The translations under genes and the position numbers were made by a program. Of a stretch of 64,000 nucleotides of DNA, positions 40,403 through 54,593 are shown one piece after another. This DNA is from Octopus vulgaris. Taxonomy: Eukaryota. Positions within the stretch are counted from its first letter, which is position 1. The number at the start of each line of letters is the position of its first letter. Under the pieces are notes generated by a model that worked only from the letters and a program-made list of their open reading frames with translations, searched no databases and had not been told where the DNA came from. Location of the stretch: contig OX597819.1 in NCBI GenBank assembly GCA_951406725.2, positions 68,510,001 to 68,574,000 on the forward strand, given 5' to 3'.

Positions 40403-41409
40403 AGTGGTAGTGGTAGTGGTAGTAGTAGTAGTAAAACGAATACATTGAAAGAGAAATCAATGAATTTAAACGAGAAGATAAAAATCTTTGCTCCAAATCG
40501 TGAGATTATTTCTATGGTCGCTTTATTTTTATTAATTCATTTTGCAGACTCCAAATTGCAAAATGAAACATGCAGAGACAGTAAAACTTTATCGAAAAAA
40601 ACCTCATCATCAAATGAATTATTTTTTACAAAATATAAAATAAAACACCATATCTATTATGCAGTGATACGATCCTTCTTTTAAGTAACACTGACGATTT
40701 TGGTTCGTGTTCTGAACATATATTAATTGAAATGAAAAACAAACGGCCGTGAATACAAGCGGTTAAAATGTGTTTTTTCTTTTCCGAAAAGTATATGGAT
40801 TAACATTAATACGGTGCAAGGTTCGGGGGTCTCTCCATATGCAGTGCTCGGGTGCAAAGCTCAATGTACAAGCGTCAGGGTCCAAGTCTCAGGGAGTCTC
40901 TCCAGGTTGAGCCCTTATTTTTCCACACTGAGACATCACATCTCCGGTACTATGAACAAGTGATTAGAAAGTCACGGGAAAGAATCGCAAGACGGATATT
41001 TAATGATTTTCTATTTTTCTAATGAAGTATGATGATTTTTCCAAAGTTGTACAGCCATATATGAAATACAGCTAACAGAATATATTTCAATCACGATACA
41101 ACCAGTTTGTTTAACATACTTTTTCAACTGTAAAATGTTGAGTAATTATCTCTTAAATGCTCACACATCCCTAGACAAAAGTTTGAAAGAAGTCGTTTCG
41201 TATTTGAGCTGGTTATATTTTTTCTTTTGCTTCTTTAATCGTTGAAGTGCCAGCATTGCCGAAGATATATTCACGTCTTCGCGTCTAGCAAAATAGCTAT
41301 TGCCAGCTGGCTCCTGCCGGGAAATAAATGAGGGTTAGGGCATAGTGACGGTTACAGAAATAAGTCGAGTAAACAAGGTATTTAGCTGATGAGCTACATC
41401 AGAATAACG

Positions 41410-41564
41410 AGATTCCAAGACTGAACAGCGGTAGATGCTATGCAACTTGCTTGTCCTGAAATTCATACACTGTTGGAATAATGAGAAGAAATGGCACAAG
41501 GAGAAAATATGTCAAACGTTAGCAGTACCTTCTCAGTGAGTATGTTTGGTAATGATCTGCATCT
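41410..41564 (+). repeat. 155-bp perfect inverted duplication, arm 1
   Basis: Exact reverse complement of 52462-52616. Confidence 0.95.
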
Positions 41565-41781
41565 CTTTCCTTTTGATGAAGATAGAGGACTCCACCTCGA
41601 GCTACATCTAAGTGGGTTTCATTTCTCCACAGCTGTGACGAAAAATTATGAAACCTGATAATGTATTTCCAACCGAATTTTCATCTTTAAAATACAGTTT
41701 TGCTACAGTTTTGTCATTGTTTTATATACGAACTCGTATCGTTTAAACACAAGGAAGAATTAGTAAAAGATTCATTTTTTG

Positions 41782-41812
<31 letters not shown>

Positions 41813-44800
41813 GCGTGTCATTAAGAAAGTGTTATATGGTTGTATCTCCATGAGTGCTGTATATTTACAGACTTCCATCTATGTATCTTGAACGTAATAT
41901 TTGTATGTAACAATTATATACACCATGTTCCGTGAGTGTGTAAACGAATTTTTTTCATCGTATTTTTATAAATAAATTTTCCGTTAGTTTCCATAGAACC
42001 GTCACATACATAATCATTACACTCTCTCTGATCTCGAAACTTGCAGTAGTTCTCCGACAACAAGTAGGCAGAGAACGCAGCAGATTTTACATTTTCATAT
42101 TCACCTTTACATTATCATGTCATGGTATATAACATTTTTATACTTTATATGCTCTCATTACATATGGATTATGTAATTTATGCATTATTATAATAAGATT
42201 ATTGAATTTTAAAAGGCTATCAATATTTTATTAGGTATCAACTCTTCATTTTATATCGACACTTTTTCACTTGCAGTCTCTTTCATTACTGTATTAACGT
42301 CAGCTATTTTCTTTTTACTAATTCTCAGAGGATATTTGCAGTCCAGTACTCTCGTATCGTGCTAATGCTACAACATTGTTAGACCAAAATAAAAAGAAAA
42401 ATTAAATATTAACATGTATTTTCAATAACTATCGTAATTTCGGAATCGTACAAAGAAACAATATGGAAATTTACAGTGATGCTGCTTCATATCTGTATAT
42501 TTGACCAACGTAGAAACACATTTCAAATATCCTAGCTCAGATTACGTAGATATAAACATCGGCTTCGCTCACACATATCTGTATTTATTGTAGTATGAAT
42601 ATTATTCACTTGTGAAGTTAGCAAAATATGCCTGTGTTTACATTTCACTTTGTTACTACTTATATCCTTTAAAATATGTTACATGGCCAACACATGCCGG
42701 TGAGCAAATAAGATTACCTTATGTAATAATATATAAAAGTATAAAGATAATTTCTATCACCCGGGAAATAAGTGTTTTCTATTGACTAATGGTTCTTGCA
42801 ATCGTTTCCCAAATTTAAATCTACATGTGATAAATTTTGTAAATTTTTCCTGACCAAGGAAAATGTCTAGAATGATCTCCCATACATATGCAATATTGCT
42901 GTTCTGCAAAAACCATGTTCACACAAATATACATATTTTAGCTTGTATACAACAGCAATTTGCTTCCAGAGTAGCTGAACATAAAATTCCATATAAAGCA
43001 TTGCAGTGATACGCTGTGTATCAACTAGTTTACAAAACCGATTCAACTATTTCTCTTAGTGTATGATAAATTCTGTTGGAATATCTCCATTTACATTCTA
43101 TTTTAATGATATACATTTAAGCTGCGAATCATTTGATATATTTCTCCACTACCTTCGTAAATCTGACATAAAATCTTGCCAGTATCATTATATAAATTCT
43201 ATATTTAATAATTTCCCTCTTACACTATACACATTTATTGAATTTCTGAACAATTGCAATGTCTCTCATACAATTTTGGACATGTATAATGCTTAGATGA
43301 ATGCTAATGCATATCAATAAACTCTGTTTTCAGTTTTAACAGCTGCTCCGTTAATGCAGTCATTTCTTTCCATCAAATTGTCACGTAGTTTCCATTCTTA
43401 GCAAAAGAACATGTAACACGGTCAAACAAAGATGGATTGGGGGATATTAACAGAACAATTGCTCTCTTTCTATTAATTAATTAATATTTATATACAGTTT
43501 CCCATCAATATTACCTTTATTACTTTACGGTATTTTTTTAAAATCCATTTTACACCAAAAATACTTTCAAAGTCAACGTAATCTCGGAACATTAACTTAT
43601 TTCATTGTGTGTTTCATTTAATAACACCATATTTCTACTTGTAAATTGTAAAGATCACTGAAGAAAGAACTGAGAATGTAGCGGGTTTCGATTGTCAGTT
43701 ACCATTAGGTTGCCTCTTTTAAGCCAGTAAAACTATTGTGTAAAGAAGATAAGTATCATTATTTCATCTTCCATTCAATGAACTCGATTTTCTATTTATT
43801 GGCAACTCAAAAGGCAAACATCAAACTAAACAACAATATGGCTTTAACATAAACACCTAAAATGATTTTGTTATTAGCGAGCTAACAAAGGCGCTTTTGT
43901 GTGATCCATCGACGTGCTACAAAGATAATCCAAATCACACTTTCTGTGTTATTTAACAAAAGAGGGGGTGCTTAGATAAGGTAGTTAAGCATACACTAGA
44001 AAGCGGGAATGTTTACTATTGAAATACCTTTGATCAAAAGAAAGCTGGATCAGCGATCAACTAAGGGGCAACAGCAACAATTTTGGAGAACATTTACGTT
44101 TGATTTCTTCATTAATTCAGGAAATTAAGAAATATGATATTTTTACTGAGATCGCATTAATGAAAGCTAACGTTCTGACTGTAATGTTTCACATACAAAT
44201 AAACAAAATATGACATACTCTTCATCTTTCTAGGTTGTAATACCGCAATCCATTTGTACACTTCCATATTGAGTTACTCATCACTGATCTTGGATAACAT
44301 CTTATGCTCAATTATGAACCACGTTATGCTTATCACGAATTGATCTGTGATAACACGGATCAGCAATCAATGAATGATTGCGCTTGTTATGATATTTTTA
44401 CTGTTATTTTTGTTATTTACCGATCATATGTTATCAAATTTTATTCAAGATATTTTTCTTACATACCATTATGTTTTTTTAAAAACTGAGGTCTTAGTTG
44501 GGTAATTTAGGTGTGTGTGTGTGGGAGGAGGGGGGAAACATACGGTCTCACAAGGAAACTTCTTTTTCCCATATGTTCCATTATTCGTTTAACACTGAGT
44601 CATTTAACACGGTGTTTAACTTTCGAACCAAACACCCGTAATAAAAATAGATAGATGTACTGCATTTGACATATGTATATGTATATATATACTTACTATA
44701 TACACTCGTAGTCGGTAGTAGCTCCTTTGGCAGCTTTGCTGTCATAACTATCTATCTCATGAAAAAATTTGATTATTTTCTAATTCCCACCTGTGACAAT

Positions 44801-46679
44801 ACGAACATGAATCGATAAGTTGTCTTCATGAAAATATTTTCCCACAAACATCACATATGTAACGTTTCTCCTCTGACGCCAAAATGTTTCAAACAACAGA
44901 GGTTTCACAGACAATGTTGACTCTCAGCGTTTTACGTTTTAGATACTCTTGCTACGAAAATAAATCTTTTCCCTTTATATATTCTGAAATAAAATTTTAT
45001 CCAGAAATGCTGAGATATTTGTCTCAAACCCAAATTCACCATTGTGTGACTCACCACAAACAATATGGTTGGCGTTTACAGCTATACTTTGATATAAGAA
45101 CGAAATGAAATTGTCAAAAATTAAACACAAAATCTGTTTAGCTCTAATTACGGAAAAATGGGAAACTATAAAACGAAATTGCATGGAATTATGAAGTCAA
45201 TAATTAGTTACTTGATGGCTATAAAATGACGAAGGGAGATCCCTAAAAATGTTGTATCAAGAGAACGAAATTATTAATGGACAAACAATACACAGGGCAA
45301 AATTATTATACGACTAATCATTTGCGCCAAGAAGCGCAATTTTCGAAAAGAAAAATAAGACAGATAAGGCGCACTGACTTTCCACGCAATATAATCCTAT
45401 AGCTCACAATGTGTTTTCTGCGTCGGTACATATATCAACAAGTGGATTACTTGACTGAACGCTAGATGAGGTCCGGACTATTGATGTTGTAACTCCAAAA
45501 TTACTAAACCACAACCCAGCAATTTCATCCTCAGATGTAATTATGAATTCCATTTGTTAAAAAGCAAAGAAAACAACATAGTCTGTTGTGTCTGGGGAGG
45601 GTCATTCTCTTTAATGCCTTATAATTTAACACACTCACCGGTAAACTTTCCACTCATTTCCTTCTTTATTTTTCTAACATTTTCGTTGCGTTTTGCAACA
45701 TTTTCAATAGCTGACTCTGTCCGTTATTCACGCTCTGTTCTTTTTTTTTGTGCGCATGTCTGTGTATCAGTGTGTGGGCGTACACACATGCATGTATGTA
45801 TACCTGCATGCGTGTATGCATGTGGGTGTATGTGTGCATATGTATATATGTATGTATGTGCGTACATTTGTATGTATATATTATGCATCTTCATGTGTTT
45901 GCGTGTCCGTGTTTCTTTGTTTTTATGTATGTGTGTCTGTGTTTGCATATTTGTGTCATTGTGTACCTCTGTCTCTTTGTGTGTGCATGTCTGAATGTGT
46001 GTGAGGGGGTTGCAACTATGTACTGTGTTTGTATGTATGTATGTATGGATGTATATCGTCATATATGTGGACTTGTGTCTCCATATGTGTCCTTCTGTGA
46101 AGTAAAGTGTGCGTGTATATATGGTCATGTGTTTCAGTCTTCATTTGTGTATGTGTGCTTGTCTTTTCATATAACCTATATATCTATCCGTTTGTATGTC
46201 TATCTGTTTACTTTCATACTCATATGCTTACCTACAGGTGCATATGCATATACATATATACATACACCCGCACACACATAAATACAGCTATCTACATAAT
46301 AGCCCACAAACTATTCTACTCTACCTGTATAAACTGTGTGTATGGGAGTATTATATCTACTATATATATTTCCTATTGGCCATTGGGGAATTTTCATTTA
46401 TGAGGACGTACTACTGTATTTGTTTGAGTGTTGGCTCCTTTGGGTGCTTGGAGAAGATGCGGATGTCTAATTGACCCAGGTTGCCTCCATGCTGCTCTTT
46501 GCCATGTAGGTAGATTATATCTTGATATTGTCCCAAACGTCCATTTATTCGTTCCGCAATGCTCCTAGATGTCTCCACTATGTATGTCACGTTCAAGTCT
46601 TTACAAGCACCTTCTATGCCTTTTATGCTGTAAACTATATTTCTAATTCTACAGTTAATTCCAGGGCTAATCCTACATA

Positions 46680-47498
46680 CCGTGCAGTTATCACTGGTTC
46701 ATACGGTAATCTTCAATGATGCACGTCCTACATAGTTGTGATCTGACAGAGTTCCGTGGCTTTTCAACAATCAGCACCATGACGCAATTCTGCCAGAAAT
46801 TTGGAAACGCCATGTCCTGCTTGGAATTCGTGACGGAAGCTCGAATACGAACAAATGGTGAACACGTAGAACAGCTGGTAGTTTGCCGTGTCGCCAAAAC
46901 TTTTTACCGAGATGATAAAAATCCAGCAATCAGTCAACATCACGATATTTGGAGTGATCACTTGTTTTGGCGTCGTTATGTCTCCATTCAACTTACCACA
47001 CGGTCTCAGACTCGACATGGAGGCCTACATCAAGTGCCTGGAGCAGGTAGTGCTGCCCCGTGTCAAGAAGGTGGCTGATAGAAGACCCTATGTCTGGCCA
47101 CAGGTCTCTGCACCATGCCACGCAAGGAGGAGAACCCAGTCTTAGCTATCAGATAATTTCTGCGACCAAGTCACCCCTAACATCTGGCCACTTAACTCCC
47201 CAGACTGCAAGCCCCTTGATCATAATGTGTGGGACAAAGTTGAGCGGGGGACCAACAAAACAAAGAAGAACTGAAGGCAATGATTATGGCAGCATTCACC
47301 AACTTAAACATGGAGACTGTCTAGAAGAGTTGAAGGAGATTCCGAAGTCATCGGGGTTGAAGCCAATGGCGATTTTATTATATACATTTACTCTTTAGCA
47401 TTTCAAGATATTTTTATGTAATTTTGGTAAATACATCTGAGATGTGAATGCTATTTCCATTTTTGCATATTTCAGACGGCAATATATTCACCGCACCC
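46680..47498 (+). mobile_element. Tc1-like transposase remnant
   Basis: YVWPQVSAPCH (Q.DSAP.H) and WPLNSPDCKPLDHNVW motifs. Confidence 0.8.
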
Positions 47499-47905
47499 AG
47501 ACTGCAATCATGCTGGAGCACAGCCTTTAGTCGAGGAAATCGACCATAGGACTTATAATTTGTAAGCCTAGTACTTATTCTATCGGTGTCTTTTGCCGAA
47601 CCGGTAAGTTACGAGGACGTAAACACACCGGCATCGGTTGTCAAGCGATATTGGGGGGGGGGGGGTGACACAGACACACAAACACACACATCTCTCTTTC
47701 TCACACACACACACATATATATATATATACATATACATATATACGACGGGTTTCTTTCAATTTCCGTGTACCAAATTAACTCACAAGGCTTTGGTCGGCC
47801 CGAGGCTATAGTAGAAGACACTTGCCCAAGTTGCCATGCAATGGGACTGAACCCGGAACCCTGTGGTTGGTAAGGAAGCTACTTACCACACAGCCACTCC
47901 TGCGC

Positions 47906-47906
<1 letters not shown>
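47499..47906 (-). mobile_element. composite tRNA-derived SINE
   Basis: Same family as 12205-12609. Confidence 0.88.
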
Positions 47907-47953
<47 letters not shown>

Positions 47954-48088
47954 GAGATGTACTTGCACAGCGAGTGACTTGATCTGAGATCGTTTGCTGG
48001 AACGAAAACAATTGCAGCGTGGAATGTGTTGTAAGCCATTTAAGAAACAGACAAAAACCGTTAGATTCACTTCAACATTTAAATTTAA

Positions 48089-48139
48089 TTTGTCAAAATA
48101 TTTTCGTCGCTTTGATACCGCGACTTGTTCACTGACAAA
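48089..48139 (-). ncRNA. minimal hammerhead-like motif (G3-C8 variant) in TA-flanked module 47950-48154
   Basis: Reverse complement: tttgtca GTGAACA a-gtcgc ggtatcaaa gcgac GAAA atat TT tgacaaa. Confidence 0.7.
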
Positions 48140-48150
48140 ACTTCGTGCTG

Positions 48151-48215
<65 letters not shown>

Positions 48216-48254
48216 TTTAGTTTTTGCAAAGTGTACACTAGATTCAGTGATACG

Positions 48255-49468
48255 CAGTGTGGGTGGAAAGTAACTCGGCATTAGAAATTACTTATAGAAT
48301 TTTTAGTATCACTGAAATCCTGACGAAAACATTTTTCTATAAACAACAGTATTGGGGATTTCTAGTTTTGTAATTGTCTTATTTCTTATTTCTTATTTTC
48401 CAGATGGCCGGCAGTTTGCCTGTTTAGAAGCGTGTTAAGATAGCAGCACGCTATGAAGTGTGGAATTCCATTGTTTTAGATCAGTGCTGGTGGCGTACAT
48501 GGAACGGTAAGCATGCGACACTACATCCGGAGACAATAAAAAGTTGTCATGCAAAGCTGATGACCTCGAGCTCTGTGAACGATGCAAGAAGTGGCCGTCC
48601 AACCACATCCCGATTAGCAGAGAACGTGGCAACAGTAAAGGAAATGTTTAATCGCAGCCCGCAAATATCGACACGTCAAGCAGCTCGTGAACGTGAACTA
48701 ACGAGACGCACAATATGTACGGTGTTGCTTAAAGAATTGAATTTTCGGCCGTGGAAACCCTATTACTTGCAGGAGCTAAAATCTGAAGACTGTGACCACG
48801 GAAATCCAGAACTTCAAGAAGTCCAGATCTCACTGCATGTGATTTTTACATGTGGTATTACAGAAAAGAAGAGGGGTACAGGACAAAACTTCACACGCTC
48901 GACAACTTGGAGACACGGATCCAGGAGGTTCTCAATGACATCCCAGACGAAGGCGGTGAGCTTGCAGAAACGTTAGAACGCCGGGCGAAATGCTTAGGGG
49001 GATTTCTGAGTTCAAATTCTCCCGATTTCGACTTTGCCTTTCATCATTTTCGGGTCGATAAATTAAGTACCAGTTGCATACTGGGGTAGATGTAAACCAC
49101 TAGCTCCTCCCACCAAAAGTCCGGACTTTGTCCCTAGAGTAGAAACTAAACAGTAGCACGCCGGGCAAAAAGCTTAGCGGTGTTTCGTCCACAGAGGTCG
49201 ACTTTGTCTTTCATCCTTTTAGATGTACCAGTTGCGTACTTGGGTTGATGTAATCGACTGTTCCCCCCCCCCCCCAAAAAAAAAGAATTCGGGCCTTGTA
49301 CCTTGTGTAGAGCCCTGGCTGTTTGAGGAAACTGGTTACGTTGAAATATGATTTACTTTCATTTTCCCATATAATAAAGAACACGTCTCATTTGTTTCAA
49401 TAAATTTATAAAAGGGATATGGATTTTATTAACAATTTTTCATCTCTATTTACTTTTCACCCACCCTC
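48255..49468 (+). mobile_element. internally deleted Tc1/mariner element with TIRs
   Basis: TIRs gtgggtggaaagtaa / ttacttttcacccac. HTH with RSGRPTT..ENV..V joined to a C-terminal SPDL..CDF..W part. Confidence 0.8.
48951..49310 (+). mobile_element. two Meta-type SINEs nested in the Tc1/mariner element
   Basis: aggcggtgagcttgcagaaacgttag...ctttgcctttcatcattttcgggtcgataaattaagtaccag, with a second copy from ~49153. Confidence 0.85.
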
Positions 49469-49998
49469 TATATATCCACCTGTCTACATTTTCTGTGATT
49501 CTCCATAGTACATTGATCTCGTTATTAAAAAACTAATTTATCTATATAACAAACAACCATATATAATACTCGTAATAATTAGGGAAGCATATTTAACCGT
49601 GCCACGCTTCCAAGTGAGGGTGGGGCCTGGCTTACACACTTTGAGACAAAGCTGGGCTCTACATCTAGACACATTTTCAATGCGTTATTGACTTGCCTTC
49701 AGACCGTGTACCTAGTTCAAATGCCAGCAAATGACGGCGTTCTGGTAAAAGAGAACAAACAAGTGTCTGTGGCGTTAAACTGAATAATTATTTCAATCAA
49801 CTGTGGATGTATAAAATGCAAAATTCCCCCAGAGGTTATAGATCAGGAGACATTAAGAGGTACATCTAACTTACAGCAAGGTAATACTACGATTTGCCAG
49901 TTTAGTTCTAATTCTATAAACGCCAATGTCAATATAAATATTGAATTTTCAAATAAATTCGTTCATCTCACAGCTATGTTATTGGCAACGAGTAAACC

Positions 49999-50116
49999 AT
50001 AAAGAATCCATAAACCACACATAAATTTTAATTCGAGTTAATTCAAACTGCGTTGAAGACAACGCAGTTTGAATTAACTCGAATTAAAATTTATGTGTGG
50101 TTTATGGATTCTTTAT
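49999..50116. repeat. perfect 57-bp-stem hairpin with 4-nt loop
   Basis: 49999-50055 is the exact reverse complement of 50060-50116. Loop aaga. Confidence 0.97.
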
Positions 50117-51113
50117 CGCTATACTTCGTTTGTTCATTATTCTTGAAATATAAATAAGTTTTATTTCTTTTCAGACATTTGACGATGGAGTATCAAGAAA
50201 GAAAATTGTAAACATATCGACGCCTGCTTTTTTTTTTTTTTTATCTTTCAAAAAAAAATTTTTTTTAATTTTCCAATGCCTCCATTTGTCTATGGAGAAG
50301 GCCCTATTACACTGCATGGAAAGTATTTACACGCTTGAAGAAAGAGGAATTCAATCTCACTGACTCTCTACTTCCCAGCTGCCGTTTCCAGTTGAATGAG
50401 GGTCGAGTGAAGGAAGTCTCCCACGAAAATATGGCCCAGCATATGAGATAATTTCTTCATGGATTCGTTGCCCGGTACTGTCATTCAATGACGAAAAGGG
50501 TTGAAGAATAACTGACGAATAATAGACCGAATGAATTTCTCTAACAACCGAATACATATGTCTCGTGATATTGCGGAAGACAAGTTTTCAGTTGCGATCC
50601 GTTCAAATGCAGCCATTTTAAGCTAACACGATGATAATAATAATGTTGTATATATATTGGTTAAAAGCTGGAAAAGCTTTCGGCTACGTTTAGCGAATGA
50701 TGAGAAAAGCTATCAACTGATTTTGAAATAATTGGCTTCAGTTAATGCCGTCATAAGATTAGCTGTAATTTAAAAGTTCAATATTGATTAAATTTTAGCG
50801 AATGCTGAACACCATCGTTTACATACCTTCAACGGTGATGAATTGACGCTAATGCAAATATGCATTCATATACGTGAAACGTTTTCATACTTAGATTGTT
50901 AAGCATACTTGTACGTCGAATGTACATACTACCACACAATCATGTAAGTCTATACGTTTATATACACATATATGCAGATGCGTGTATATATATATGTAAT
51001 TAGACACGCACACACATCGCACACTTACACTCATATATCTACACACACATGCATGTATTGTAAGCATATTTATATGCATATCTATGAATAGATATACATA
51101 CATACATACACAG

Positions 51114-51165
<52 letters not shown>

Positions 51166-51401
51166 GTATACATACATACGTACATACATGCATATATATA
51201 TATACATATATACATATATATATATACAGAAATATATATGTGTGTATATATATATACATAGATATATAAATATGCATATATATAAATATTTATATATATG
51301 CATATTTATACATGTATTTACATATATTTATACGTATATACGTACACACAAACACAGTTACACACACATGCATACACACGCATGCACACATATATATATA
51401 T

Positions 51402-51463
<62 letters not shown>

Positions 51464-52304
51464 CTCTATGTATTTACACCGGCATTGATAATAATTTATA
51501 CGCTCCTACTCCAAGCGAGTTGTATTTGCATAGCATGTTATTATTTCCGATAAACATTATTCCCAGGGTGTTGTAGACAATATAATGTTTACCACATAAG
51601 TGATTGTTATTAGCACTGCGGTGGGTAATGATGCTAACAGCAGCACCGGCAACGACAGCAGCTACAATAACTGCACCAGCAGCAGGGGCAGCAGTAGCGG
51701 TGAACATCAGCAGATGCAGCAGCAATAACGTTCGCTTCACGAAATGAAATAACTCTGTTTTCTCCAACAACACCAGCAACAGCATTAGATTTGAGCCATT
51801 TCTCTGTAGCAAGATCGCTTACACACACACACACACACACACAAGCACACACACACACATACACACATACATACACACAATCAGTCACACACCCAACACA
51901 CTCAGACACGCACACACACGCACGCACCTGTAAAGATTAGAAATTTGCAATTGAACTACTACAACTACAATTATTAGTACCACCAACACTACTACAATTA
52001 CAACTACTTCAGCTACTATTATTACTACTACTGCTGCAACTACTACTACTAATGCTGCTGCGGCTGCTACTACAACAACTACTGCTTCTTCTACATCTAT
52101 CACCACCACCACTTCTACTAATGCTACCTCCACCACCACGAGCACTACTACTACTACTACTACTACTATACCGCCACTCCTACAACTACCTCCATCACTA
52201 CCACCACTACTAGTAATGCTATCTCCACCACCACCACCACTACTCCTACTATACCGCCACCAAAACTACTACCACTATTACGACTACTACTACTGCTACT
52301 GCTG

Positions 52305-52361
<57 letters not shown>

Positions 52362-52461
52362 ACACTACTACTTGTTGTTTTCCGAGAGCACAGCTATGTT
52401 ATTGGCAACGAGTAAACCCATAAAATATTGTAGTGCGACCATAATCAGAGGGGAATTAATA

Positions 52462-52616
52462 AGATGCAGATCATTACCAAACATACTCACTGAGAAGGTA
52501 CTGCTAACGTTTGACATATTTTCTCCTTGTGCCATTTCTTCTCATTATTCCAACAGTGTATGAATTTCAGGACAAGCAAGTTGCATAGCATCTACCGCTG
52601 TTCAGTCTTGGAATCT
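52462..52616 (-). repeat. 155-bp perfect inverted duplication, arm 2
   Basis: Exact reverse complement of 41410-41564. Confidence 0.95.
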
Positions 52617-53758
52617 TTATCTTGTTTTATTTATCTACTCCTTTACAATTCATGTTCATTGCCGCACCGATGCGATCAACCTTATCGACAATGACGCGAA
52701 ATCTTAATGGTTTGGGGCTTCTTCCGAAATTCTAAGGCTGTTTTGAGTACTTGCTATAATTCTAGTGAGTGAATACAAATGGGTGAATAAAGAAAAATAC
52801 AGGACATTAAACGTACCCGAGAAATTACACAAATTGCGAATCAAATGTGAAAATAGCACTCAGCGACAATTAGACAACCGTTTGGAAGGGGTGGTCTCTT
52901 TATGTTATGTAAATGAAACATAAATATACGCCGTCAGATGAGAAAGTATTAACTATTGGTGATGTAAATACAACGTATCAATTCGGCATTTAACTTCGTT
53001 CGAAGTAGTCTTCTTCCGAAGCGACACTGCTGTAAATGACTGCAGTGAATGAAAACGTTATAATGTAGTGTGCCTATCCAGCAGAGTTCAAGGTCCATCT
53101 GCGCCAAGCGGCTAAACACTGCGGACTCTGGTGCCGTTATCATAGCAAAAGTCTCGATGCTTTTTGATTAGTCCTTGTAAATGTTATAGAATAGATTTTG
53201 TTTAACTTGAACAAATTCCTAGCAATAAATGTAAAGAGTACTAGTGATATCCAACTTGAACATCGGATTGCATATTTTAAGAGACTACGTTTCAGAGACT
53301 TTGCTGGTAGGAGTTGTGTGGAATCCAGATGAATGAAATTGGAATTAAGATATCGACATCAAAGAGATTAAATTTTCAAATTTAAGGAGGTGGAATTATT
53401 ACTGCAAGATATTTTGTCCAGTACGCTGTAGATAAAGCCAGACTGCAATCCTGTATAAGAGTATGGTTGATAACAAGTAGTATTTAGTTTCAGTCGCTAA
53501 TTTTCTAGTTGCAACAATCACATTTGTCTGTTTTCATTATTCAACTTCAGAATTAAATAAATCGGAAATAACTTGAAATTTCTGGTGTTGGTTTAAATGT
53601 CAGGCATGGATATATGGTGCTTGAGAATTTCGGTCAAGTGGTTTCTAATATAGCCCCGGGTCAAAGAATGAAGAGTGGGTGAATAAACTGGGTAGATCTT
53701 GTCGCAGACAGATAGGCACATGTATACACAGACGGACACATGCACACACACGCGCGCA

Positions 53759-53859
<101 letters not shown>

Positions 53860-53927
53860 ATCGCTTGTGTATCGTTGGCGATGTTCTTTCTCCATCTTCC
53901 CTTCCTTAGACTTTTCCTTTTTTCTAC

Positions 53928-53958
53928 ATTTCTGACGAAGAGCTCGAAAACGTTAAAT
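53928..53958 (+). ncRNA. reduced hammerhead-like motif in TA-flanked module 53856-54057
   Basis: attt CTGACGA a-gagctc GAAA acg TT aaat. Stem II is collapsed to the palindrome GAGCTC. Confidence 0.5.
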
Positions 53959-54052
53959 ATTCCATTTTTCTTTCCTTTCCTGAGTGTCCAACAACACTAT
54001 ACTTGCTCCACGTCCTCGCGTTGTTGTGCTTTCTCTTTGTTCATGTTTTGAT

Positions 54053-54099
<47 letters not shown>

Positions 54100-54380
54100 C
54101 TGTATACATCGGTTGTCGGTCGTATCAACGTTGACTTATCTGTTCAGACTTCTTCGAAACAAAACGCCTTGGACGGCTTGTAAGGTAGTAGGAAACGTCC
54201 ACCACATGGTTGGTTTTCTAGGTGTCCTAGCCATGTACCAAGGGGTGTGTACAAAGGTGCAACAACGAGTATGGAGGACAATAAGGTTGCCTCGCAATAG
54301 CAGCTCACTTTCTAGTTGACGTCCAACACTTGCTCATTTGATCTACAAGTTTTCAGCCCAATTGGACATCATATATATAA

Positions 54381-54451
<71 letters not shown>

Positions 54452-54550
54452 TGCATATATACATACAACAACAACAATAATAATACCAATAATAATAATA
54501 TATCGAAAAATACCTTAGGAAATTGAACCCAGGTTTGAAATTACCCCAAG

Positions 54551-54593
54551 ACACTTGATGAAGGCTCGAGGCATATCAGCCGAAACGTTGTGT
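54551..54593 (+). ncRNA. minimal hammerhead-like motif (C3U)
   Basis: acac TTGATGA a-ggct cgaggcatatc agcc GAAA cg TT gtgt. Confidence 0.6.

Noticed and set aside
41387-41536. Plus-strand coding exon (AG...GTGAGT)
   Set aside because: All three frames contain stops.
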